The position numbers were made by a program, and so were the translations under genes. Source: Chloroflexota bacterium (GTDB lineage Bacteria > Chloroflexota > Anaerolineae > Anaerolineales > UBA4823). Taken from it: a stretch of 52,662 nt of DNA. The notes beneath the pieces are model-generated. The model was not told the origin of the DNA, made no database searches, and worked only from the letters and a program-made list of their open reading frames with translations. The DNA is taken from the NCBI GenBank assembly GCA_037444705.1, contig JBBILY010000002.1, positions 1 to 52,662 of the forward strand, in the 5' to 3' direction. Positions within the stretch are counted from its first letter, which is position 1, and the number at the start of each line of letters is the position of its first letter. Below are positions 1 to 9,117 of the stretch, piece after piece.

Positions 1-66
1 CAAGCCCACCCACGACCCTGAGCGCACCTTAAACACTTCTCAATCAAGCCTCTCTGGACCAGACCC

Positions 67-1125
67 ATGACCGAATTACTTCCCCTTCTCAAAGACCTGA
101 TCGCTGCTCCCGGCCTCTCTGGCTATGAACGTTCGATCCGCAAGATCATTGAAAACGCCTGGCGGCCTCTGGTGGACGAACTGAGTTTGAGCCGCCTGGG
201 CAGCCTCCACGCCCTGAAGCGCGGTGAGGCTGCTGAACCCCGCCCCAGCCTGTTGCTGGCGGCTCATATGGACGCTATCGGCTTAATGGTCACGGCACTC
301 CAGGGCGAGTTTCTGCGGGTGACCGAAGTAGGCGGCTTGGACGCGCGCGTCTTGCCAGGGCAGTTGGTCACCGTCCACGGGCGACAAGACCTGCCCGGCG
401 TCATTGTACAGCCGCCGGCCCACCTCCTCCCGCCCGAGCAACGCAATGGCGCAGTGCTCTTGGAGAATCTCCTGGTTGATACCGGGCTGAGCGCGGCCGA
501 ATTGAAGCGCCTGGTGCGGGTGGGAGACCTGGTCTCTTTTGCCCAAGCGCCGCTGGAACTGCGCGGCGAAACCCTGGCAGGCCACTCGTTAGACAACCGC
601 GCCTCTGTGGCGGCTCTGACCCAATGTTTGCAAGAATTGAAAGGCCGCCGCCTATCCTGGGATGTATGGGCGGTAGCCACCACTCAGGAAGAAGAGACCA
701 TGGGTGGCGCCGCCACTTCAGCCTTTCAAATCCGCCCCACCCTGGCAGTGGCTGTAGATGTGACCCACGGCAGCAGTCCCCTGAGCCCAGCCCACAAGAC
801 CTACGAACTGGGCAAAGGCCCCACCCTGGGCTGGGGACCAAATATCCACCCCGCCCTGCACAAGGCCTTCAAAGACCTGGCCGAGCGTCTGGAAATACCC
901 TACAAAGTCGAGGTGATGTCAGGCCATTCGGGCACGGATGCTTATCGCATGCAAATTGCAGCCGAGGGTATCCCCACCATGGTCATCGGCATCCCTTTGC
1001 GCTACATGCATACCCCGGTAGAAATGGTGGCGCTTAAAGACATCAGCCGTGCCGCTCATCTCTTGGCCGAGTTTGCTGCCAGCCTGGAGCCCGATTTCAT
1101 CAATAAATTGACCCGGGATGATTGA
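67..1125 (+). CDS. M42 family metallo-aminopeptidase (FrvX/TET-type), paralog 1
   Basis: 352-aa ORF with M42-type motifs LLLAAHMDAIG, LDNRASVAA, TTQEEETMGGA and HSGTDAY. It is collinear with the two ORFs that follow. Confidence 0.85.
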   Translation: MTELLPLLKDLIAAPGLSGYERSIRKIIENAWRPLVDELSLSRLGSLHALKRGEAAEPRPSLLLAAHMDAIGLMVTALQGEFLRVTEVGGLDARVLPGQLVTVHGRQDLPGVIVQPPAHLLPPEQRNGAVLLENLLVDTGLSAAELKRLVRVGDLVSFAQAPLELRGETLAGHSLDNRASVAALTQCLQELKGRRLSWDVWAVATTQEEETMGGAATSAFQIRPTLAVAVDVTHGSSPLSPAHKTYELGKGPTLGWGPNIHPALHKAFKDLAERLEIPYKVEVMSGHSGTDAYRMQIAAEGIPTMVIGIPLRYMHTPVEMVALKDISRAAHLLAEFAASLEPDFINKLTRDD

Positions 1126-2212
1126 CCTTATGAGCCTCAAAGACACTTCTCAATCCCCTCGCATTGGGGCTGCCCAAATTCGACTTCTGGAACGCCTGAC
1201 CAACGCCTGCGCCGTCTCTGGAGATGAAAGCGAGGTGCGCACGATCGTGTTGGAGCAAATTCGCCCCCTGGTGGATGAAATCAAAGTAGATGCCCTGGGC
1301 AACGTATTGGCGATCAAAAAAGGCCAGGGGGAGAATCGCCTGCGAGTGATGTTGGCTGCCCACATGGATGAAGTAGGTTTTATCCTCACCCATGGTGAAG
1401 ACAGTGGCTTCTTCCGCTTCGAGGTGGTGGGAAAGATTGACGTGCGCCTCCTGCCGGGCAAGGCAGTATGGATTGGGCGTGAGCATGTGCCTGGGGTGAT
1501 CGGCGCCAAACCGGTGCATCTCACCACCGAGGAGGAGCGAAAACAACCCCTTAGCCTGGAATCTCTACGCATTGATCTGGGCCTGGGCAATCAGAATAAG
1601 GTCAAGGTTGGCGATCGGGCGACCTTTGCCACCTCATTTGCCCGCCTTGGCCCTAGTCTGCGGGCAAAAGCCCTGGACGATCGCACCGGCGTGGCCAGCC
1701 TGATCGAATTGATCCGCCATGCACCTCCAAACGTGGACCTGCTAGCCGCCTTTACAGTGCAAGAAGAAGTGGGTCTACGTGGGGCGGGGGTGGCAGCCTA
1801 TGCTTTCAACCCAGACCTGGCTATTGTTCTGGACTGCACCCCCGCCATGGATTTGCCAGCCTGGGACGAGAGCGAAAACACCCAATACAACACCCGCCTG
1901 GGCGCCGGGGCGGCGATCTATATGGCCGATCAAGCCACCATCTCCGATCCGCGCCTGGTGCGGCATTTGATCGAGACCGCTGAAAACCTGAAAATCCCTT
2001 ATCAGATTCGCCAGCCAGGCGCAGGCGGCACCGATGCCGGTGCTATCCACAAACAACGCGCAGGCGTGCCCAGCGTTTCCGTCTCCGTGCCGGCGCGCTA
2101 TAATCACAGTCCGGCTGCCATTGCGCGCCTCTCCGATTGGAAAAGTACCCTGACGCTGGTGCATGCCGCCCTGGAACGCCTGACACCAGACATCCTGAAT
2201 CTGGATCGTTGA
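1118..2212 (+). CDS. M42 family metallo-aminopeptidase, paralog 2
   Basis: 364-aa ORF with motifs AAHMDEVGF, LDDRTGVA, FTVQEEVGLRGA and GGTDAGAIH. The ATG at 1118 overlaps the upstream stop (ATGATTGA); an alternative ATG lies at 1130. It carries about 15-20 extra N-terminal residues relative to its paralogs. Confidence 0.85.
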   Translation: MIDLMSLKDTSQSPRIGAAQIRLLERLTNACAVSGDESEVRTIVLEQIRPLVDEIKVDALGNVLAIKKGQGENRLRVMLAAHMDEVGFILTHGEDSGFFRFEVVGKIDVRLLPGKAVWIGREHVPGVIGAKPVHLTTEEERKQPLSLESLRIDLGLGNQNKVKVGDRATFATSFARLGPSLRAKALDDRTGVASLIELIRHAPPNVDLLAAFTVQEEVGLRGAGVAAYAFNPDLAIVLDCTPAMDLPAWDESENTQYNTRLGAGAAIYMADQATISDPRLVRHLIETAENLKIPYQIRQPGAGGTDAGAIHKQRAGVPSVSVSVPARYNHSPAAIARLSDWKSTLTLVHAALERLTPDILNLDR

Positions 2213-2248
2213 CCTCAACCTTTACTCTGTCTTCATTGGAGAGCCTAT

Positions 2249-3253
2249 ATGAAAGAATTGATCCAAAAACTGGTTGAAGCCCCTGGGCCTTCAGGATTTG
2301 AATCTCACATCCGCCAGATCGTACGCGCCGAAGTTGAGCCCTATGCCGACGAGGTGCGCGTGGATGCTTTAGGCAACCTGATTGCCCGCAAAGGTGGGGG
2401 TAGCCCTGAGGGGAAGAAGATCATGCTCGCCGCCCATATGGACGAGATCGGGGTCATGGTGACCCACATAGACGAGAACGGCTTTGCGCGTTTCACCACG
2501 ATTGGCGGCGTTCGCCCTCAAAACCTGCCCGGAGGCAGGGTGCGCTTTGTCAATGGCGCTCAGGGGGTGATCGGAGTGGAACGCAGCCAGAAGAGCAACG
2601 AGTTACCCACTTTCGAGCAGATGTTCATTGATTTAGGCGCTACCAATCGTGAGACTTGTCCGGTGCGTGTGGGCGATGCCGCCGCCTTTGATCGCCCCTT
2701 GGCCGTCTTAGGAGAGCGCCTGGTCTCAAAAGCCATGGATGACCGCATCGGTGTGGCGGTGCTCATCCAAACCTTGCGCCAGTTACAAAATAGCCCTCAT
2801 GAGTTATATTTTGTCTTCAGTGTGCAGGAGGAGGTCGGACTGCGCGGGGCGACCACCGCTGCCTATGAGATCAACCCTGATATTGGCCTGGCGGTGGATG
2901 TCACCCTCACCGGCGACACGCCCAAAGGGGTGAAGATGGAGGTCAGCCTGGGTAAGGGGCCAGCCATTAAAGTGCGTGATTCAGGCATGTTGACCGACCC
3001 GCGCCTGGTGGATTGGATGGTGAGCACCGCCGAGAAGGCTAACATCCCCTATCAACTAGAGGTGCTGGAGGCCGGCAGCACCGATGCCCGCGCCATTCAG
3101 ATCACCCGCGCCGGGGTGCCGGCTGGCTGCCTCTCCATCCCTTGCCGCTATGTTCACGCCTCCTCGGAAATGGTGGACTACAGGGACGTGCAAAGCGGGG
3201 TGAAGTTGCTGCTGGAAATGCTCCAACAACCTGTGGCTCTGAAAGAAATGTGA
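2249..3253 (+). CDS. M42 family metallo-aminopeptidase, paralog 3
   Basis: 334-aa ORF with motifs AAHMDEIGV, MDDRIGVA, FSVQEEVGLRGA and GSTDARAI. A GGAG-like RBS (ttggagag) lies upstream. Confidence 0.9.
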   Translation: MKELIQKLVEAPGPSGFESHIRQIVRAEVEPYADEVRVDALGNLIARKGGGSPEGKKIMLAAHMDEIGVMVTHIDENGFARFTTIGGVRPQNLPGGRVRFVNGAQGVIGVERSQKSNELPTFEQMFIDLGATNRETCPVRVGDAAAFDRPLAVLGERLVSKAMDDRIGVAVLIQTLRQLQNSPHELYFVFSVQEEVGLRGATTAAYEINPDIGLAVDVTLTGDTPKGVKMEVSLGKGPAIKVRDSGMLTDPRLVDWMVSTAEKANIPYQLEVLEAGSTDARAIQITRAGVPAGCLSIPCRYVHASSEMVDYRDVQSGVKLLLEMLQQPVALKEM

Positions 3254-4530
3254 ACCGCTTGCGCCTCTTTCTAGCCGTGCTCTTGCTGGTGCTGGCAGGC
3301 TGCACCAACACTGGCTTGCCGCAGACGACAGCCACCCCTACGCGGGCTCCAGGGCTTACTCCAACACCGCCCTTTACCCCTGAAGTCACCCCCACGCCGG
3401 GCAGGCCGCTCACGCTACGCCTGTGGTTACCAGCCCAGTTCCACCCCGACTCTGGCACGCCTGCGGGAGAACTCCTGCGGGCGCGCCTGGACGAGTTCGT
3501 TGCCCAACAAGATGGAGAAGTGCGCCTGGAGGTGCGGGCCAAGTCGCTGGATGGGCCAGGCGGATTACTGGATTCGCTGACCGCAGCCAGTGCCGCGGCT
3601 CCCCTGGCGTTGCCCGATCTCGTCCTTTTGCCGCGCCCCATGTTGGAAGCAGCCGCGCTTAAGGGATTATTGCACCCTACCAACGAATTACTGGCAAACC
3701 AGGATGATCCCGACTGGTACGACTACGCCCGCCAACTGTCACACCTACAGAACAGTATCTTCGGCTTGCCCTTTGGCGGAGATGCCCTAATCCTGATTTA
3801 TCGCCCTGAAGAGGTCATCACACCTCCGGCTGACCTGGAAGCCGTGCTCCAGGGCGAGAGTGTGCTGGCTTTTGCGGCCGCCGATCCCCAGGCCTCGTTC
3901 ACCCTGGCGTTATATCAGGCAGCAGGAGGGGCTATTGTGGACGATCAAGGGCGGCCATTCATCGAGAAGGATAAACTGGCGCAGATTCTGAACTTCTACG
4001 ACCAGGCTGCCAAAAGCGAGGTTATCCCCTTCTGGCTGACACAATATCAAAACGATGATCAGGTATGGGAGGCCTTCCAGCAACGCCGCGCCGATATGGC
4101 CATCATTTGGGCCTCTCACTACCTGGCGCTTAAACCCGAACAGGTGAACGCCGCCCTGATTCCCACCCTGCAAGGCAAACCTTACGCCTTGGCAACTGGC
4201 TGGGTGTGGGCTCTGGCGGGTTTGACCCAGGAACACCAGCGACTAAGCGTTCAACTGGCGGAGTTCTTATGCGAAGCGCAATTCCTGGGAAGTTGGAATG
4301 CTGCCGCCGGATATTTGCCGCCGCGGCCCAGTGCATTGGAGGCCTCGACGGAGCCTGATTTACGCCTCTTTGCCAGGCGAGTATCTGAAGCGGCTCATCT
4401 GCAACCCTCGGCCGACTTGCTTGCCAGCCTGGCTACTCCCCTGACCCAAGCCACAGTGGAGGTGCTCAAACAGCAATCGGATCCAGATAGCGCTGCCCAG
4501 GAAGTGGTGGATAGCCTGCAAGCGCCATAA
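3250..4530 (+). CDS. extracellular solute-binding lipoprotein (ABC-type, family 1-like), orphan
   Basis: The ORF track starts at 3142, but that part overlaps the M42 gene. A GTG at 3250 overlaps the upstream stop (ATGTGA) and gives VNRLRLFLAVLLLVLAGC, a lipobox signal. A Thr/Pro-rich linker and an SBP-like body follow. No permease or ATPase gene is adjacent. Confidence 0.7.
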   Translation: MNRLRLFLAVLLLVLAGCTNTGLPQTTATPTRAPGLTPTPPFTPEVTPTPGRPLTLRLWLPAQFHPDSGTPAGELLRARLDEFVAQQDGEVRLEVRAKSLDGPGGLLDSLTAASAAAPLALPDLVLLPRPMLEAAALKGLLHPTNELLANQDDPDWYDYARQLSHLQNSIFGLPFGGDALILIYRPEEVITPPADLEAVLQGESVLAFAAADPQASFTLALYQAAGGAIVDDQGRPFIEKDKLAQILNFYDQAAKSEVIPFWLTQYQNDDQVWEAFQQRRADMAIIWASHYLALKPEQVNAALIPTLQGKPYALATGWVWALAGLTQEHQRLSVQLAEFLCEAQFLGSWNAAAGYLPPRPSALEASTEPDLRLFARRVSEAAHLQPSADLLASLATPLTQATVEVLKQQSDPDSAAQEVVDSLQAP

Positions 4531-4593
4531 ACCCTTACGGCCTGCCGCAGGGGCCATTCATGGCGATCCATTGATTAATGGCGTGCTAGGCTA

Positions 4594-6051
4594 TCATCCA
4601 AGGGGGGGCAGGTATTGCAGGCCAGCCTGAATGGCAAGCCCCTCCACCATGCTCTGCAACTCACGCACCTGTTCTTCGATTAGAGGTGGAGAACGGTACT
4701 CCTGCAACAGGGCCTGTACCCGCTCTCGAGCCCGGATGAAGGTGTCACTGCGCCCGCCCTGGAGCCAACCGTGCAACGTTTCGCGGTCAATCACCTGGGT
4801 TGGTAAATACTGCTCTCGCGGGAAAAGTTGACGCGTCTGCGGCTGCTTCAAGAAATCACCTCTGAAATGGATGCCCTCAAACAACTCGAGAGCCAGAGTT
4901 GGAGTATGCACCTTCATCCCTGCCAGCAGGCGCTTGACCATGGCAATGACCTCGGCATCCACCACCAGTTTCTCGGCGCTCTGGCAGGCCAGAAAATCCA
5001 GCATGCCGCCCCCGGAGATCATATTAATCCCCGCCAGGCCACCCAGCAAAGCAGTCATACCGCTTTCCAACCCTGCCTGGGCATCCAGCACCTTGGCATC
5101 GCTGGCGCCCAGGTAAGTGTGGGTGGGCAGGCCGAGCGCTTTGCCCACCTGAGCGCAGGCGATATTGATCATGGCCGACTCGATCGCCCCCATGGGGGTG
5201 GTGCCTTTGCGCATATCAAGAATCGCCGCCGCCCCACCCCAAACCACAGGCGCCCCAGGCCGAGCTAATTGATGAATCACAATCCCGCTCAAAGTCTCGG
5301 CCGCATGTTGCACCACCGCCCCAAAAAGGGTCACTGGCGCCGCTACGCCCGCCAGCGGCATCGAGACAATCTGGGCTGGAACACCCGCCCGCGCCAGTTC
5401 GATCAGGTTCTCGGCGCCAAACTGGCTCCAGATCAAAGGCGGCGAAGGACAGACATCGAAGATTGCCTGGGGCTTCTCGGCCAATGAGCGATGACCGCCG
5501 GCAAAAATCGCCAGCATGGCGATCATATGCTGCAGCGTGTGCACGCGGAAGGCTCCCGTAACAATAGGCTTGGAGGAAAAGCGTAAGACCAGATACAAGC
5601 GATATAAATCGCTGATTTCCTCGGGCACATCGTGGCACACCACCGCTGTGGACTGTGCCTCGTATTGGGGGAGCATTTCAGCCACTTTGATCAGGCGGAT
5701 CAGGTCAGGCGTCCTGGCAGGGCGATGTTCCAGAGTGTCGGGGTCGAGGATATGCACACCGGAGGAACCGGGGTCAAAATGCACTGCATCACCCCCGTAG
5801 TGGATCGTGGGGTTGCCAAAACGATCGAAAAGATAAAATTCTCGCGCCGCAGTCTGGAGGGCCAAGTTGACCAGGGCTGGGGGAATCTTGACCACCTCGG
5901 CCGCCTCGTCCACCTGCGCCCCAGCCTCCGCCAGCAACCGGCGCGCCGTGGCCGATTGCACCTTAACCCCAGGGCGCATCAGCAATTGGAAAGCCTCATC
6001 CAGGACCTGATGGATCAGGTCGGGGGTGAGGAGTTCAATCTTGGGTTGCAT
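4594..6051 (-). CDS. MttB-superfamily (COG5598) methyltransferase, non-pyrrolysine type
   Basis: 485-aa uninterrupted ORF with the typical MttB-family N-terminus (LTPDLIHQVLDEAFQLL...GVKV) and length. There is no in-frame TAG. Its start lies 6 nt after the restored stop of the upstream paralog. Confidence 0.85.
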   Translation of the reverse strand: MQPKIELLTPDLIHQVLDEAFQLLMRPGVKVQSATARRLLAEAGAQVDEAAEVVKIPPALVNLALQTAAREFYLFDRFGNPTIHYGGDAVHFDPGSSGVHILDPDTLEHRPARTPDLIRLIKVAEMLPQYEAQSTAVVCHDVPEEISDLYRLYLVLRFSSKPIVTGAFRVHTLQHMIAMLAIFAGGHRSLAEKPQAIFDVCPSPPLIWSQFGAENLIELARAGVPAQIVSMPLAGVAAPVTLFGAVVQHAAETLSGIVIHQLARPGAPVVWGGAAAILDMRKGTTPMGAIESAMINIACAQVGKALGLPTHTYLGASDAKVLDAQAGLESGMTALLGGLAGINMISGGGMLDFLACQSAEKLVVDAEVIAMVKRLLAGMKVHTPTLALELFEGIHFRGDFLKQPQTRQLFPREQYLPTQVIDRETLHGWLQGGRSDTFIRARERVQALLQEYRSPPLIEEQVRELQSMVEGLAIQAGLQYLPPLG

Positions 6052-6056
6052 GGAGA

Positions 6057-7512
6057 TTATCCTTCATTCTCCAGGGCAGTGATGATGCGTCGCAGTTCCT
6101 GGGATAGGGCTGGGTCGAGCGGCTCGGGTTGGTGGGTGGCCAAGATGTGCTGTGCCTTCGCCCGCGCCCAATCCCAGCCCCCCGTCGCGCTTCTCCTCCC
6201 ACTCATGATAGGGGCGGCGGTCCATAAACTGGGGCACGAAAATTTCTCGCATGTGGCGCAGGGTGTGTTTTTGCGCCAGGAAATTGCCCCCAGGGCCTAC
6301 CGCGCCAATTGTCTCCAGCGCCAGGGTCTCATCGTTAACTGGAATGCCTTGCATCATTTTATGGACGATGTTGAAGATCTCGCAATCCAGCAGCAGTTGC
6401 TCATAAGACCAGATGCGGCTGCCATGCAACAGACCCACACCGAGTAACATATCCGATATGACCACACATGCCATGAAGGTCGAGAGGCTATTCTCCACCC
6501 CCGCCTGCCAGTTGGGTTCTTTAGCCCCCGTAGCAAATGACCCCATAGAAAGGGGGATATGATAAAAATCGGCCAGGACATTGGTGGCTGCGCCGAAGAG
6601 AAAATCTTCCGGACCACCGCCGGTGTAAGCTCCACTGCGCGGGTCTGATGCTGTTTGGGCGGCGGCATAGAAGACGGGCGCCTGCGGATAGGCCAGTTGT
6701 ATCAGGGCAGTGGCGCTGATCACCTCCGCATTGCCCACCACTAGTGTGCCAGCCATGGTGGCCGGGCCTGTGGTCAGGCAAGAGGCCATAGTCATGAAAC
6801 CCACAGGGACACCAGCCTCGGCGGCGACCAGGGCGGCTTCCAGGCTGCCCCCATCATGACCTAGAGGCGAAGTGGTGCATTGCATGAGCGAAAGCAGCGG
6901 CCGTTTCCTCAGGGCTTCTTTGCCCCCGGCAATGGCTGCAGCCATCTCGATCGCCGCTCGCGCCTCGCGCTCGCTATAAATGCTCTCGGTTTGGACGTGT
7001 TTGGTGGAATTTTCCCACACGGCTAGCAGTTCATGCAAACTGCGCGTGGCCGGCGGTTTATCCTGAGCTGAGACCGCCACCCAGTGAAATGCCACCTCCT
7101 CCAGATAATCGACAATGCGGGCGATGTCGGCCACATCCTCGCAGCGGGAGGTGCGCTTCTGAGCGGTGTGAATATCAATCACCTCCACGCCACAGCCATC
7201 GGTGCCAACATAAACATGATTGCCATCCAGGGGCAAGTCCTGATCGGGACGGCGCGCCGCCAAACTATAGACCGCTGGAGCTTGTTTGAGCGTCTCTTCA
7301 ATAATATGGCCCGGCACTTTAACAATAGAGGTCTCATGATCTACCTTAGCCCCATACGCCTCCCAAATTGCCAGAGCCTTAGGAGAAGGAAAGCGCACCC
7401 CTACATTCTCTATAATATCCAGGGTCGCCTGATGGATACGTTGTACGTCCTGCGCTGAAAGGATCGAGAGTTTCAGCGCAGGATTGGTGATGGACTTGAT
7501 CTTCGTGGACAT
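6057..7512 (-). CDS. MttB-superfamily methyltransferase, non-pyrrolysine type, with an apparent 1-nt frameshift at a C6/G6 run (6178-6183)
   Basis: The N-terminal 440 aa are clearly MttB-like (LSAQDVQRIHQATLDIIENVGVRF...). The annotated frame ends in a Gly/Pro/His-rich tail at 6064. The alternative frame reads WDWARAKAQHILATHQPEPLDPALSQELRRIITALENEG and stops at 6057-6059; this aligns with the paralog's C-terminus. Confidence 0.8.
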
Positions 7513-7520
7513 GGCAAACC

Positions 7521-8177
7521 CTATACGGCAATGCCCAGGAGTTGCTTGGCCACCCGCACCGCCCCGACGGCATCTTCGCTATAGCCATCGGCGCCAATTT
7601 GTTGCACCCATTCGCGCGTCACCGGGGCACCCCCCACCATGACCTTAACCCGGGGGCGCATCCCCAGGTCATCCAGAGCTTCGACCACGTCTCGCTGTCT
7701 GACCATTGTGGTCGTCAGCAAGGCGCTCACCCCCACAATGTCGGCGTCAACCTCGCGCACCTTTTCAATTAACTTGCTTACCGGCACATCCACACCCAGG
7801 TCGTAGACCTCGAAGCCAGAAGCTGCCAGCATCGTCCCCACCAGGGTTTTGCCAATGTCGTGAATATCGCCCTGGACGGTGGCCAGCACCACTTTGCCAT
7901 ACATTTTGCGCTCTGTGCCGCGCTTTTTCATTTCGGGCTCCAAGACACTGACCGCGGTTTTCATGGCTTCGCCGGCCATCACCAATTCCGGCAAGAACAT
8001 GGCGCCGCAACTGAATTGATCGCCCACGTAGTTGATCCCCACCACAAAGCCCTTGTTGATGGCTTCCAGAGGATCCAGGCCCATTTCGATGGCTTTTTGG
8101 GCTAATTGCGCTGCTTTCTCTGCGTCTCCCTCAATGATGCTTTGTGCCATGGCTTTGAAAAGTTCGTCGGTTTGCAT
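7521..8177 (-). CDS. corrinoid (cobalamin-binding) methyl-carrier protein, MtbC/MttC/MtgC-like
   Basis: Carries the B12-binding DxHxxG motif (GDIHDIGKTLV) followed by a Rossmann-like domain, with an N-terminal helical cap. The preferred start is the ATG at 8177 (MQTDELF), 6 nt after AAGGAG. The ORF track extends to 8225. Confidence 0.85.
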   Translation of the reverse strand: MQTDELFKAMAQSIIEGDAEKAAQLAQKAIEMGLDPLEAINKGFVVGINYVGDQFSCGAMFLPELVMAGEAMKTAVSVLEPEMKKRGTERKMYGKVVLATVQGDIHDIGKTLVGTMLAASGFEVYDLGVDVPVSKLIEKVREVDADIVGVSALLTTTMVRQRDVVEALDDLGMRPRVKVMVGGAPVTREWVQQIGADGYSEDAVGAVRVAKQLLGIAV

Positions 8178-8193
8178 AAACATCTCCTTTGCA

Positions 8194-8940
8194 TTAGGGA
8201 TTGGTGGTAGAAAAGAAAGGTGCAATTTGCGCTTCTTTCTCGCGAATTAAACTGCCGGCGATGCCCAGGAAGGCCTCGAGTTCGTGGCCCAAATTGCGGA
8301 GGTGGGTGACCACGCCTCGCGCCGCTCGCTCTCCATCGCCCCCAGCCACGGCCTCCAGGATCGCCAGGTGTTCCTGATATTCCCGCTCCAGGCTAGAGGG
8401 GAGTAACTCCGGGTGGCGGAACAGGTATTCATAAAGCATCCAATCAGGAAAGGTATTGGACACAGTCTCATAAATTTTGGTGAGAAGGGAATTGCCCGAG
8501 GCGCACACCAACAGGCTATGAAACCGCTTGTTCAACTGGCGCTGGATGGGCATCTCCTCCAGGGTGAGCAGAGATTGGGTCTGATTCACAATCTGTTTAA
8601 GGGTTTCGATTTGATCTTGCGTGATGTGGTGAGCCGCCAGACGGCCTGCCAGACTTTCTAACACCAAACGCAAGACATAAGCCTCAAGGATTTCCTCCGG
8701 CCTCAGCAGCGGCACCCGCACCCCGCGATAGGGCACGCGCTCGGCAAGACCCACCGAGACCAGGCGATCCAGCGCCTCGCGCACCGGCGTCTGGCTAACG
8801 CCTAATTGGTTTGAAATATCTTCCTGGCGCAGCCACTCGCCGGGGGCGTACTCACCGGCTACGATGCGCGCGTGCAGGACTTCAAACACCTCATCTCTCA
8901 GGGATTTTTTCTGCAGGTAGTCGGCGGGCTTCATTTTCAT
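8194..8940 (-). CDS. GntR-family transcriptional regulator (FadR/FCD-type)
   Basis: 248-aa ORF with an N-terminal winged HTH (LRQEDISNQLGVSQTPVREALDRL) and a helical C-terminal FCD-like domain. It is the first gene of the corrinoid/MttB operon. Confidence 0.85.
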   Translation of the reverse strand: MKMKPADYLQKKSLRDEVFEVLHARIVAGEYAPGEWLRQEDISNQLGVSQTPVREALDRLVSVGLAERVPYRGVRVPLLRPEEILEAYVLRLVLESLAGRLAAHHITQDQIETLKQIVNQTQSLLTLEEMPIQRQLNKRFHSLLVCASGNSLLTKIYETVSNTFPDWMLYEYLFRHPELLPSSLEREYQEHLAILEAVAGGDGERAARGVVTHLRNLGHELEAFLGIAGSLIREKEAQIAPFFSTTNP

Positions 8941-8973
8941 CGGATGGCTAGACCCGGGCTGTTTATGATGTGC

Positions 8974-8992
8974 ATTATATATAATATATAAT
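8974..8992. promoter_or_regulatory. AT-rich palindrome and TATAAT-like elements upstream of the GntR gene (candidate promoter/operator)
   Basis: ATTATATATAAT (8974-8985) is a perfect 12-bp palindrome, followed by ATATAAT. It lies 34-52 nt upstream of the GntR start on the minus strand. Confidence 0.3.
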
Positions 8993-9117
8993 CAAATGTA
9001 AATGGCTTCCCCCCCCAGAGCGGCCAATTCGATTCGGCGCGACTAATTGAAGGGTGGATTTGACCAGGAACCAGCGCCTCAATCGGCATTTGTGCCGGGC
9101 GGTAAGCCATCCGCCGG

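Noticed and set aside
33-1155. Identical 13-mer ACACTTCTCAATC at 33-45 (leader of M42 paralog 1) and 1143-1155 (5' end of paralog 2).
   Set aside because: By my rough estimate, on the order of ten or more exact 13-mer coincidences are expected in 52.7 kb. Flanking sequence does not extend the match, so there is no solid evidence of a duplicated leader.
3142-3249. Upstream extension of the solute-binding protein ORF.
   Set aside because: It overlaps the end of the third M42 gene and encodes no signal peptide. The GTG at 3250 gives a clean lipoprotein signal and a stop/start overlap.
4594-7512. Possible pyrrolysine (in-frame TAG) in the MttB homologs.
   Set aside because: Both ORFs read through without any in-frame amber codon, so these are non-Pyl family members.
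9009-9016. C8 homopolymer in the intergenic region upstream of the GntR operon, considered as a possible phase-variation tract.
   Set aside because: It is not within a coding region or between recognisable -35/-10 elements, and no evidence of length variation can be obtained from a single sequence.
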